Source: an uncultured Holophagales bacterium
GTDB lineage: Bacteria > Acidobacteriota > Thermoanaerobaculia > Multivoradales > UBA5704
DNA: 64,000 bases
Assembly (NCBI GenBank): GCA_963842525.1
Contig: CAWJGT010000009.1
Location: 1,376,001-1,440,000 of the forward strand
Reading direction: 5' to 3'
Position numbers and translations under genes: made by a program. The notes below the pieces were generated by a model that was not told where the DNA came from, made no database searches, and saw nothing but the letters and a program-made list of their open reading frames with translations. The stretch's first letter is position 1. The number at the start of each line of letters is the position of its first letter. This document shows positions 36,901 to 49,524 of the stretch, one piece after another.

Positions 36901-39900
36901 GCCATGCCGGACAGGAGGACCTCGTGGTCGGCTCGCCGATCGCCAACCGCAACCGCGGCGAGGTCGAAGGATTGATCGGGTTCTTCGTCAACACCCTGGC
37001 CATGCGCACCGACCTCGCGGGCAATCCGCCGTTCCGCGAGCTGCTGCGCCGGTCCCGTGAAACGGCCCTCGGCGCCTACGCCCATCAGGACCTGCCGTTC
37101 GAGACGCTCGTGGAAGAGCTGCGGCCCGAGCGCGACCTCTCCCGGTCGCCGGTGTTCCAGGTGATGCTCTCCGTCCACAGCGTCCGGCGTCAGCCGCCGC
37201 ATGCGGCCGGCCTCCGCCTCCAGCCCCTGGACATCGAGAGCTGGATCTCCAAGTTCAACCTCTCGCTGGTGGCGGTGGAGGAGGACGCATCCCTCCAGAT
37301 CGGCATCGAATACAACACCGATCTCTTCGACGCCACGACGGTCCACCGCCTGCTGGGGCGCTTCGCCCTGCTCCTGGACAGCGCGGCGGCGGACCCCGGC
37401 CTGCGGCTCGCCGACCTGCCGCAATCGACTCCGGCCGAACGGCACCAGATGCTCGTCGAGTGGAACGACACGCGGCCGGACCGCGGCGAGGAGGCGACCG
37501 TAATCGACCTCTTCGCGGCCCGCGCCGAGGCGTCGCCGGAAGCTCCGGCGCTGCTCTTCCAGGACCGGCGGATGACGTTCGCCGAGCTCGACCGCGCCGC
37601 GGACCGGGTGGCGCACCGGCTGGCCTCCCTCGGAGTCGGGCCGGGCAGCGTGGTCGGCCTCTTCGTGGAGCGCTCGCCCGAGATGGTGGCCGCCCTCCTC
37701 GGCGTCTGGAAGGCCGGCGGTGCCTATCTCCCGCTCGACCCGGCCTATCCGGACACGCGCCTCTCCTTCCTGATGGAGGACGCCTTCGGCAAGCTCACGT
37801 CGCCGGTGCTCCTGGTGGAGGAGTCCCTCGACGAGCGCGCGGCCGGTCTGACTCCGGCCGGAGTCTCCCAGCTCGCCCTCGGCGAAGCGCTGGCGGGAAC
37901 CGACGGAGAGGAGGCGGCCTTCGTACCACGCGCGCGGCCCGGCGATCCCGCCTATCTGATCTACACCTCCGGCACCACGGGCAATCCCAAGGCGGTCGTG
38001 GTGGAGCACCGCAACCTGGCGGCCACGATGGCCGCTTCGCGGCACGCCTTCGCCTTCTCGGCGGATGACCGCATGCCCTGCCTGGCGCCGTTCTCGTTCG
38101 ATATCTTCCTCTTCGAGCTGCTCGGGCCGCTGCTCGCCGGCGGGACCTCGGTCCTCTTCGGGCTGCGCCCCACCCTGGACCTGGACGGCCTGGTGGCGCG
38201 CCTCGGCGAGCTGACGATGATCCACGCCGTGCCCGCTCTCATGCGCCAGATCCTGGAGACGGCGCACGTGCACGGCACCTGCCCCGGCGTCCGGGCCGTC
38301 TTCGTGGGAGGCGACGCGGTCCCGCACGACCTCCTGGTCGACCTGCCGTCGGTCTTCCCGCGGGCGCGGGTGCACGTCCTCTACGGCCCCACCGAGGCCA
38401 CGATCATCTGCTGCTCGCAAGGCGTGAGCGCCACGGATGTCCCGTCGGTGGGGACGCCGATCGGCCGGCCGCTCGACCAGTCGGAGATCCGTCTGCTCGA
38501 CCGCTGGGGCCGGCCCGCGCCGCTCGGGGTTGCCGGCGAGATCTGCATCGGCGGTGCCGGGGTTACGCGCGGCTACCTCGGCCGGCCCGACCTCGACGCC
38601 GAGAAGTTCCCGGTCTTCCACGACGGCCGGCGCTGGTACCGCAGCGGCGATCTTGCCCGCTACCGGCCGGACGGGCAGCTCGAGTTCCTCGGCCGTATCG
38701 ACCACCAGGTGAAGATCCGCGGCTTCCGCATCGAGCTGGGAGAGATCGAGACCGCCCTCTCCGGCCATCCGGACGTGCGCGAGGCGCTCGTCCTGGCCCT
38801 GCGGGAGCCGGGAGGGGCCGAGCGGTCACTGCGCCTGGTGGCCTTCGTGGTGTCTGAGGAGGGCGAGGAGGGCACGTCTCCGGAAGCAGCCGGGCTGCGC
38901 GAGCTGCTCCGCGGACGGCTCCCCGAGTACATGATCCCCGCGGTCTTCCACACGCTCGATGCCCTGCCGGTCACGGCCAATGGCAAAGTGGACCGCCAGG
39001 CGCTGGCGCGTCTGGATGCGCAGGCGGAAGCCCCTGCCGCCGCGGTCTCCACCGTGCCTTCGACGCCGATCGAGAAGGAGCTTGCCCGCATCTGGCGCGA
39101 GGTCTTCCGGATCGCCGAGGTCGGGCTGGAGGACAACTTCTTCGACCTGGGCGGACACTCCCTGCTCGCCATGCGGGTCGTCGCCCGCATCCGCTCGGAG
39201 CTCGGCGTCGAGCTGCCGGTGCAGCGCCTGTTCGAGGACCCCACCCTCGGCAGCCTCGCGGCCCGGGTCGAACGCGAGAGGGAGGCCCGGCGCGCCGCGC
39301 CGCCGCCGATCGTGCGGGTCCCGCGAGGCGATGGCGAGGCTCGCATCCCGCTCTCCTTCGCCCAGCGCCGGCTCTGGCTGCTCGACCAGGTCGATCCCGG
39401 CTCGACCGTTTTCAACGTGCCTTCGACCCTGGCGCTCGACGGTCCCCTCGATACCGCGGCGCTGGCCGCGGCCCTGTCCGAGGTCGCCCGCCGCCACGAG
39501 GCGCTGCGCACTGTCTTCCCGAGCCACGCGGGGGAGCCTTGGCAGCACGTCCTCCCGGCCGTCCCCCTGGGCTTGCCGCAGGTCGACCTGAGCGGCCTGC
39601 CGTCCGGGAGGCGCGACGACGAGGCCGAGCGGCTGGCCTGGAGCGAAGGGAAGCGCCCGTTCGACCTGGCACGGGGCCCCCTGATGCGCACGACCCTGCT
39701 GCGGCTCGACCGCGAGCGGCACGTGCTCCTCCTTTCCCTGCATCACATCGTCACCGACGGCTGGTCGACCGATGTCCTTCACCGCGAGCTGCTGGTCCTC
39801 CACGAGGCCTACGCCGCGGGCCGTCCGTCGCCGCTCTCCGAGCTGGAGGTCCAGTATCCCGACTTCGCGGCCTGGCAGCGGCGCTGGCAGGACCGCGCCG

Positions 39901-41680
39901 CTCTCACCATCCTGCTGGCGGACTGGAAGTGGCGCTTCGGGTCCGACCTGCCGGTGCTCCAACTGCCGACCGACCGGCCCCGGCCGCCGCTCCAGTCCCC
40001 GGCCGGCGCCTTCTGCTCGCGCGCCCTTCCCGCCGACCTGGAGCAGCGGCTCCGCACCCTGAGCCAGCGCGCGGGCGCAACCCCGTTCATGACCCTCCTC
40101 GCGGGCTTCCAGGCGCTTCTCCAGCGGTATACCGGGCAGGACCGGATCGTCGTCGGCACCCCTGTAGCCGGCCGCGACCGCGCCGAGCTCGAAGGGATGG
40201 TCGGGTTCTTCGTCAACACCCTCGTTCTGCCCGGCGACCTCGCGGGCGATCCCACCTTCCTGCAGGTCGTGGAGCGCGCGCGGCAGACGACCGTCGGCGC
40301 CTTCGCCTGCCAGGACCTCCCCTTCGAGAAGCTGGTGGAGGACCTGCAGCCGGAGCGCGACCGCAGCCGCAGCCCGCTGTTCCAGGTGATGTTCGCGCTG
40401 CAGAGCCTGCCGCCGGCTTCCCCCAACCTCGGCAGGCTTTCCGCGACGCCGCTCGGCATCGGTACCGGGACCGCGCAGTTCAACCTCACCCTCTACATGG
40501 TCGAGATGCCCGACGGGCTGGTGGCCGGAGCAGAGTACTCCACCGCCCTGTTCGAGGCCGGCACGATCGAGCGCCTGCTGGAGCACTACCAGGCCGTGCT
40601 GGAGGCCGTCACCGCCCGGCCCGAGACCCGCCTGTCCGAGCTCGTCGTGCCGCCTCTCGTCGAGCAGGCCCGGCCGGTGGAGGAGCCGGCACCCGTCGTC
40701 GCCGCCAATACGGCGGAGGCGCGCCGCGCCAAGCTGCTCGAACGGCAGAGCCGCCTCTCGGACGAGCAGCGGCGCAAGCTCGATCAGAGGCTGCGCGGCC
40801 AGGCGCCGACCGCACCTGCCGCGTCGAGCGCCCAGCCGCCTGCCGCCGCCGGGCTCCTGGTCGAGATCACTCCCGGCACCCCGGAGCGTCGTCCGTTCTT
40901 CTGCATCCACCCCGCGGGCGGTGATGTCCTCTGCTTCTTCCCGCTGGCCCGATACGTAGGGGCGGACCAGCCGTTCTGGGGCATCCAGGCACGCGGCCTG
41001 GACAGCGGTGAGCCGTTCGCGACCCTCGAAGAGATGGCGGCCTGCTATGTCGAACAGATCCGGAAGATCCAGCCGTCCGGCCCCTACGGGCTCGGCGGCT
41101 GGTCCTTCGGCGGGCTCGCCGCGTTCGAGGTGGCCCGCCAGCTCGAGAGCCAGGGCGAGCGCGTGGAGCTGCTCGCCGTGATCGACACCGCACCGGGCCT
41201 GCCCGAAGGGACCCCGGCCATCACACCTGCGCTGGCGGACGAGAGCGACCATACGACCTGGCTGCTGGACATCGTCGCCTACGTCCGGGGACTGCGCGGC
41301 AAGGACCTCGGCATTTCTGTTGTCGACCTGGCAGGGAAGACCGGCGAGGAGCAGATCGGCCTCGTGGTCGAGCGGCTCCAGGCCGCGGGCATCCTCCACG
41401 CGGGCGACAGCTTCGACCAGGTCCGGCGCCTGCTGCGCGTATACCGCACCAACGTCCGCGCCTACCGCATGTATCGTCCCCGCCCCTACCCGGGTCCCCT
41501 CACCCTCTTGCTCTCCTCTGAGCTGCCGCGCGATCCTTCCGCTCCGGACCTCGGATGGGGGACGCTTACGCCGCGGCCCGTCGAGGTCCACGAGCTGCCG
41601 GGCGGCCACATTACACTGCTCGCCGAGCCCCACGTCCGTGGTCTGGCCGAACGGCTGCGGGCCTGTCTGGAGAAAGAACT

Positions 41681-41684
<4 letters not shown>
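24977..41684 (+). CDS. Multimodular NRPS 2 (one frameshift ~33995): A(Ala)-T, C-A(Tyr)-T, C-A(Ala)-T, C-Asub-T, C-A(unknown)-T, C-linker-TE
   Basis: TTG start with GAGGAGG RBS overlapping the NRPS1 end. ORFs 24977..34417 and 34071..41684. Codes DLFNNALTYK (Ala, twice), DASTVAAVCK (Tyr), DIFHFGLIIK (unassigned). TE motif GWSFGG and C-terminal GGHITLL. Confidence 0.93.
25519..25665. repeat. REPIN-like palindrome family 1, in-frame in the first Ala A domain before A3
   Basis: 147 bp, ccctcacccccggcccctctcccatccgcactccc ... gggagtgcggatgggagaggggggccaggggggtgaggg. Opposite orientation to the 9950 copy. Confidence 0.9.
28811..29011. repeat. REP-like palindrome family 2, in-frame in the Tyr A domain before A3
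   Basis: Outer arms aaccccgcaggggtggccggaattagcccgggatttcaatcccgggaa (28811-28858) / ttcccgggcctgaaggcccgggctaattccggccgcccctgcggggct (28964-29011), plus an inner inverted pair 28883-28903 / 28921-28941. Confidence 0.88.
32194..32314. repeat. REP-like palindrome family 2 variant, in-frame in the second Ala A domain before A3, followed by a family-1 tail remnant (32315-32327)
   Basis: Arms cgctcgccccgggttgacacccggggctacccagttccgccctccgggctct / agagcccggagggcgacatccggtagcccagggtgtgaaccctgggcgagcg, then ccagggggtgagg. Confidence 0.85.
36344..36490. repeat. REPIN-like palindrome family 1, in-frame in a C domain just upstream of HHIVSDG
   Basis: 147 bp, nearly identical to 25519-25665. Reads LLRLE-SPHPRPLSHPHS...GEGGQGGEG-QHVLMLSMHHIVSDGWS. 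Confidence 0.9.
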
Positions 41685-44087
<2,403 letters not shown>

Positions 44088-44113
44088 GGGAGCGAGCCAC
44101 CGCCGCACCAGCC

Positions 44114-44344
44114 TCAAGCGGCCGGAGCCATCGGCCGGATCTCCCGGTCGATCGCCGAGGCGAGGCTACGCTTCGCCTCTTCGAGGTCGAAGTCTATCTG
44201 CAGCCCGAGCCAGAAGCGCTCGGACGTCCCGAAGTAGCGGGCCAGCCGGAGCGCCGTTTCGCCCGCTCTTCCTCCCGGGACGCCCCAGTCCGTCGGCACC
44301 GCGCTACCGGGTGCACACGGTCGGGGGCGTCTCTTGGGCCCCAT
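44114..44344 (-). pseudogene. higA: Degenerate HigA-family antitoxin (internal deletion/frameshift)
   Basis: C-terminal ETALRLARYFGTSERFWLGLQIDFDLE is classic HigA. N-terminal MGPKRRP..VHP remnant is out of frame, the HTH middle is missing and no higB is adjacent. Confidence 0.7.
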
Positions 44345-44555
44345 CCACCACCAACGCTGGCAGCACCCCATAGTCACCTCGCAGGTGTCGCCGGAAGCTG
44401 CGCCGCTGACAAAATTGCGAGCTTGCACAGGATGGTGTAATATGCAACAGGAAGCACATAGAGATGTAAGCACAGAAATGGATTTGTGCGTCTCGCCACG
44501 TACGCTCAGGAGCTATGAAGTGCGAGGGAATCAAGCGGCTGGAGGAGGCCTCACC

Positions 44556-47500
44556 ATGAACGTCTTTCCCGGGAGTCGGAGTCGGTCGCGGCGCATCGTC
44601 CCAGGTTTGCTGATCCTCCTGTGCGGGCTGCTCGCCAGCCAGCCCGGCGTCGCCCAGCCCGTCCCGGCGGGTGTGGCCTACCTGACCGGAAGCCAGCAGG
44701 CGGACGGGAGTTGGGAGAGCGCCGAGGTGCGGCGGGTGCATGCCACCGGCGAAGCGCTGCGGGCGCTCCAGGCCGTGGGGCAGGCGCCTGCGGTCCGCTC
44801 CGCGGCTGCCGGCTACCTTGAGACCGCGACAGTCGAGGACAGCGACGACCGCGCCCGCCGTATCGCCGGGCTCGTCGCCGAGGGCCTCGCCGTCGCTCCT
44901 TTCGTGACTGTGCTCCTGGCCGACGCCGACCCTGAGGGCGGCTGGGGCCTCACCTCCGCCTTCCTTGCCGATCCGCTGGACACCTCTCTCGGCCTCTCCG
45001 CCGTGGCCGCACAGCCGGGCCCGGACGACAACTTCCTGCGCATGGCGCTCATCGCGCTGCTGAGCACCCAGAAGGCCGACGGCGGCTGGCCCTGTGTCGC
45101 GACCCGGGACGGCGACGCCGACAGCGAGATCTTCTGCACCAGCCAGGCGCTCCTAGCGCTCACCGCCTACCGCAGCCGGTTCTACCTCGATCCCCAGATC
45201 GACGCCGCCGTCGGCTTTCTGCGCGGCAGGCTCAACCCCGACGGCAGCTTCGGCTCGGCCGGAGCGAACGACGTGATCCACACGGCCCTGGCCTCCACAG
45301 CCCTCGCCGCGGTCCCGGCCTTCGGCAACGAGGTGGCCACGGTGAACGCCTGGCTCCGGGGCCGGCAGCAGCCGGACGGGAGCTGGGGCGGCGATCCCTA
45401 TCCCACGGCGCTCGCCCTGCGGGCGCTCCAGGCGCTTGCGGGCGTCCCGTTCTGCGGCGACGGCGCGGTCAACCGGCCAGGGGAGGCGTGCGACGGCAGC
45501 GTGCCGGCGGGCCTGACCTGCGAAGGGGTGGGCATGGGCTCGGGCACGCTCGCGTGCAGCCCGCAGTGCACTCTCGACACCTCGGGCTGCTCGGCGTCCC
45601 CGGTCTGCGGCGACAACCTGCGCAACCAGCCGTTCGAGATCTGCGACGGCACCGACCTGGCCTCCCAGACCTGCCAGACGCAGGGCTTCGCCACCGGCAC
45701 CCTGACCTGCGCCCCCGACTGCCTGAGCTTCAACGTCGGCGGCTGCAACGCCGCCCCGACCTGCGGCGACGGCGTGGTCAACCAGCCCGGCGAGTCGTGC
45801 GACCTGAACGACTTCCACGGCACGACTTGCGAGTCGCTCGGCCTCGGCGGCGGCCAGTTGGGCTGCACGTCCGACTGCAACATGGACACGAGCCAGTGCG
45901 ACTCGGCGAGCTTCGTCATCGACAACAAGGGGCGTGAGTTCTTTGTCGGCTTCCTGGCCAACCCCCTGGTCCCGGCCACGGCCTCGGTGCACCTCACCAG
46001 CGACGTTCCCACGAGCGTCACGGTCCAGTACCCGGTGAATTCTCCGAGCTTCTCCCAGACCGTGGCCTTGACGCCGGGGCAGGTCCATGTGGTCAACCTG
46101 CCCACGAGCTCGCACACGGGCTGGACCGCCGGGCGTGTGCTGAACAACGCCGCTCGCGTGTCGGGCCCGGATGAGTTCGTCGCCTACCTGGTGAACCGCG
46201 CCGCCGCCACCTCGGACGCGGCCTTGGCCCTGCCGGTCGACGCGCTTGGCACGTCCTATATCGTGACGACCTACCGGGGGTCCACCGCCCACTCGGGCGA
46301 CCGCGCCGAGTTCCTGGTGGTCGCTCCTTTTGATAGCACCACGGTGACCATCACACCCACCGCAACCCTGCGGATGCCGGCGCCCACTCCGAACGCTCCG
46401 CCCAACGTGCCGTTCCAGATCACGCTCACCCGGGGCCAGGGGTTCCGCGCCGAGGCGCTCCTCTCCACTGCCGACCTCACCGGCACTCTAATCGAGGCGG
46501 ACCGTCCGGTGGCCGTGCTCAACGGCAATCTCTGCACCAACATCCCGAGCAACACCGTGGCCTGCGACCACGTCTTCGAGGTGGCGCACCCGCTGCGGAG
46601 CTGGGGCACCTCGGCCCTGGTGGCGAACTTGCCGAACCGTACCGGCGGCACGATCTACCGCGTCGTGGCCTCGGTCGACGGCACCGAGGTCTTCCGCAAC
46701 GGCGTCCTGCAGGCGGCCCTCGACAAGGGCGACTTCTTCGAGACCGGCCCGCTCACCGGGAGCCATCTCTTCTCGGCCGATCAGCCGATCTTCGTCACCC
46801 AGTTCATGACCGGGGACGGCGCTCCGGGGGCGACCAACGGCGACCCCGCCATGGCCAACATGATCCCGCCGGATCAATATCTCAGCTCGTACACCTTCTC
46901 CACGGTGGGCGGCTCGCAGTTCGCGCAGAACTTCCTCACGCTGATCGCGCCGGATACCGCGGTGGGCTCGGTCACGCTCGATGGTTCGCCGATCCCCCCG
47001 GCCCAGTTCACGCCGATCGGCTCGACCGGCTTCTCCTCGACGCTGCTCCCGCTCGCGCAGGGATCGCACTCGACCGCGTCGCCACAGCCGCACGGCATCA
47101 CGGTCGAAGGCTTCAACGCGTTCGACTCGTACATCTATCCGGGCGGCGCGCAGCTCGAGTTCATCAACCAGTTCTGCGGCGACGGCAGCGCCAACCGCGA
47201 GGCTGAGGCCTGCGATGGCAGCGACTTCCGCGGCTCGACCTGCTCGTCGTTCGGCTTCGCCTCGGGCTTCCTGCAGTGCACCGCCGACTGCCGCATCGAC
47301 ACCTCGCAGTGCGCCGGCTTCACGATCGAGGACGAGGACGACGACGGCTATCCGGCCACCGAGGATTGCGACGACACCGATCCCGAGGTGAACCCCGGCA
47401 TGCCGGAGATCCCGGGCAACGGCATCGACGACGACTGCAACCCGGCCACGCCGGACGCGATCCCGCAGACGGTGAGCTGCGAGATCTTCCCTGACAGGCT

Positions 47501-48521
47501 GAGCTATGCCGTGACCGATCTGATCACTCTCGCGTCCGCGGTCCGGAACGACCACGATACGTTCTCGATCACCGGCGTGAGCCTGGCCCTCGCGGTGAGG
47601 AGCGGCGGTCCCGGCGGCATGGGCATCTACGCCGAGTCGCGCGACCTCGCGCCGCTGCCGCCGGGCGCCCGATCGCAGCAGAGCTGGGTGCTCTCCGCAT
47701 CGCAGCAGGCGGGCAGCTACACGGCGGACCTCACCGTGTCTGCGGCCGGCCAGACGCTGGCCACCTGCTCGGCGAGCTTCACCATCGAAAGCTCGGGCGC
47801 CGCCGGCCTCGCCGGCACGCTGACCCTGAATCCCGAGAAGGTCAACGCCGGCGACTCGAGCAACGCCACCTACACGGTGGAGAACCGGGGCAACGAGGCC
47901 CTGACGGACCTTGCCGTCCGCGTGATCCTGGTCCATCCCGTCACGGGCAGCGTCGTGGCTGAGCTGACCGACACGGCGACGCTCCAGCCGGGCCAGAGCT
48001 TCACGAACACGCAGCCGTTCTCCAGCGTCGGCCTCGACACCAACACGGTCTACCTGGCGGTGCTGCTCGCGCAGCCCGCCGGGGCCGACTCCGAGCAGAC
48101 GCTGGACAGCGCCACCTTGACCGTGGTCAACGCGCCGCCCGTTTGCGCGACCGCGGTGGTCACGCCGGGCCGGATCTGGCCGCCAAACCACAAGCTCAAG
48201 CTGGTGAGCATCGGCGGCGTGACCGATCCGGACGGCGATCCGGTGACCGTCAAGGTGACGAGCGTGTTCCAGGACGAGAGGACGGACCACACGGGCGACG
48301 GCAAGACCTGCCCCGATGCGACGGGATTGGGGACCGCCGGCGTGATCCTGCGGGCGGAGCGCTCGGGCCAGTTGGACGGCCGCGTCTACCACCTGTTCTT
48401 CCAGGCCGAGGACGGCCGCGGCGGCCTGTGCGCGAGCCAGGTCACGGTCTGCGTGCCGCACGACAACAACCGCGCCTGCATGGATCAGGGGGCGCTGTTC
48501 GACTCGACGGTCTGCGAATGA
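44556..48521 (+). CDS. Large secreted multidomain protein: signal peptide, QxxDGxW alpha/alpha-barrel repeats, Cys-rich CGDG repeats, IgGFc-binding N-terminal-like domain, Ca/metal-binding DxDxDG..CDD motif, Ig-like domains
   Basis: GGAGGAGG RBS and ATG at 44556; hydrophobic signal ending GVA-QP. Motifs QQADGSW/QKADGGW/QQPDGSW, CGDGAVN..EACDG repeats, DNKGREF..SDAALALPVDALGTSY..GDPAM, DDDGYPATEDCDDTDPEVNPG and WPPNHKL. Confidence 0.85.
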   Translation: MNVFPGSRSRSRRIVPGLLILLCGLLASQPGVAQPVPAGVAYLTGSQQADGSWESAEVRRVHATGEALRALQAVGQAPAVRSAAAGYLETATVEDSDDRARRIAGLVAEGLAVAPFVTVLLADADPEGGWGLTSAFLADPLDTSLGLSAVAAQPGPDDNFLRMALIALLSTQKADGGWPCVATRDGDADSEIFCTSQALLALTAYRSRFYLDPQIDAAVGFLRGRLNPDGSFGSAGANDVIHTALASTALAAVPAFGNEVATVNAWLRGRQQPDGSWGGDPYPTALALRALQALAGVPFCGDGAVNRPGEACDGSVPAGLTCEGVGMGSGTLACSPQCTLDTSGCSASPVCGDNLRNQPFEICDGTDLASQTCQTQGFATGTLTCAPDCLSFNVGGCNAAPTCGDGVVNQPGESCDLNDFHGTTCESLGLGGGQLGCTSDCNMDTSQCDSASFVIDNKGREFFVGFLANPLVPATASVHLTSDVPTSVTVQYPVNSPSFSQTVALTPGQVHVVNLPTSSHTGWTAGRVLNNAARVSGPDEFVAYLVNRAAATSDAALALPVDALGTSYIVTTYRGSTAHSGDRAEFLVVAPFDSTTVTITPTATLRMPAPTPNAPPNVPFQITLTRGQGFRAEALLSTADLTGTLIEADRPVAVLNGNLCTNIPSNTVACDHVFEVAHPLRSWGTSALVANLPNRTGGTIYRVVASVDGTEVFRNGVLQAALDKGDFFETGPLTGSHLFSADQPIFVTQFMTGDGAPGATNGDPAMANMIPPDQYLSSYTFSTVGGSQFAQNFLTLIAPDTAVGSVTLDGSPIPPAQFTPIGSTGFSSTLLPLAQGSHSTASPQPHGITVEGFNAFDSYIYPGGAQLEFINQFCGDGSANREAEACDGSDFRGSTCSSFGFASGFLQCTADCRIDTSQCAGFTIEDEDDDGYPATEDCDDTDPEVNPGMPEIPGNGIDDDCNPATPDAIPQTVSCEIFPDRLSYAVTDLITLASAVRNDHDTFSITGVSLALAVRSGGPGGMGIYAESRDLAPLPPGARSQQSWVLSASQQAGSYTADLTVSAAGQTLATCSASFTIESSGAAGLAGTLTLNPEKVNAGDSSNATYTVENRGNEALTDLAVRVILVHPVTGSVVAELTDTATLQPGQSFTNTQPFSSVGLDTNTVYLAVLLAQPAGADSEQTLDSATLTVVNAPPVCATAVVTPGRIWPPNHKLKLVSIGGVTDPDGDPVTVKVTSVFQDERTDHTGDGKTCPDATGLGTAGVILRAERSGQLDGRVYHLFFQAEDGRGGLCASQVTVCVPHDNNRACMDQGALFDSTVCE

Positions 48522-48550
48522 TCAGGGCTTTGAATCACAGGAGAGTTGTC

Positions 48551-48946
48551 ATGGCGAGATTCAGGAAGTTGACGCTGACCGCGGTTTTGGTGGCCGCCGG
48601 ATTGGTGATCGCGAGCGACGGTGCCCAGGCGCAATGCTCGGAGAGCAATCCGGAGATGGTGTGCCCCTTGGCCGTCTGCCAGGCGCTCCAGAGCGTTGTG
48701 GTGGCAAACTGCAAGACTCCTCCTCCGCTCGCGTGCCGGCGAATCTCGGGCTGCGCAGCTCTGCAAGCGATGCGTGCGCGCTGGGCGAGCTGCCGCGACG
48801 CGAGGAACAACATCAACATCACCTGCTTCAGCGGCGGGAACCCCGGGCACAAGACGGCGGCCGACCTGGCCGATCTGAACGTCCGAAATTGTGACGCCAG
48901 GATTGCCCTGCCGGAGCCGACGGGGTGTGCCGACCCCTGTCCCTAG
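48551..48946 (+). CDS. Small secreted Cys-rich protein resembling polymorphic-toxin domain Ntox16 (predicted RNase)
   Basis: AGGAGAG RBS; Sec signal MARFRKLTLTAVLVAAGLVIASDGAQA; CRDARNNINITCFSGGNPGHKTA resembles the Ntox16 C..R..IN..CF.GG..GH pattern (recalled, not searched). Confidence 0.65.
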   Translation: MARFRKLTLTAVLVAAGLVIASDGAQAQCSESNPEMVCPLAVCQALQSVVVANCKTPPPLACRRISGCAALQAMRARWASCRDARNNINITCFSGGNPGHKTAADLADLNVRNCDARIALPEPTGCADPCP

Positions 48947-48956
48947 GAGGAGCTTC

Positions 48957-49490
48957 ATGGCCGAGGAAGCCGACGAGCTCCAAAACGAGATCCGGGCCGC
49001 TTTCGCCGGGCGGCCGTATCCGGGAGACGACCGCCTGGCCCTCGGCGGGCCGGGCTCCCCCGGGGACGACAGCGAGGACGTGGCGCGGTTCTTTCGGAGC
49101 AAGGACTGGCGGGAGATCACGTTGAATTCGATCCTCGACGGGGGCGAGCTGGATCCGAACGCCTTTCTTTACTTCATGAGCGCCGAGGGTTTCGTGTACT
49201 ACCTGCCGGCTTTCCTGATCGAGTCGTTGGACGTCGACGGTCGTTTCGATCTCGGGGAGCCGCTGGCGTTCCGGCTCACGCCGCCCCAGGGAGATCCGGG
49301 AGATCCCGGACTGGCCGCGTCGAGGGATCTCTTCTCCCGGATCCTCTCGGCCCTGACGCCGGAGGAGAAGCGAGCCGTGGCACACGTTCTGGAACATCTG
49401 GCCCGGGAGTACGAGAAGCGCAGCTACAACTTGAATCTGGCCCAGGCAGCCCTGGACAGCTATTGGGCCGAGCCGGTGGGTTCGCGGTAA
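48957..49490 (+). CDS. DUF6714-like putative immunity protein
   Basis: AGGAGG RBS directly after the toxin stop; IRAAFAGRPYPGDD, F...DWREI, LYFMSAEGFVYYLPAFL; acidic and cytoplasmic. Confidence 0.65.
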   Translation: MAEEADELQNEIRAAFAGRPYPGDDRLALGGPGSPGDDSEDVARFFRSKDWREITLNSILDGGELDPNAFLYFMSAEGFVYYLPAFLIESLDVDGRFDLGEPLAFRLTPPQGDPGDPGLAASRDLFSRILSALTPEEKRAVAHVLEHLAREYEKRSYNLNLAQAALDSYWAEPVGSR

Positions 49491-49524
49491 ACATCAGGTT
49501 TCGACGACGAGAGCGAGGATCCTC

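Noticed and set aside
44650-45440. Squalene-hopene cyclase/terpene cyclase
   Set aside because: Only QW-type repeats in a single barrel, in a signal-peptide protein fused to adhesin domains; no convincing DxDD cyclase context.
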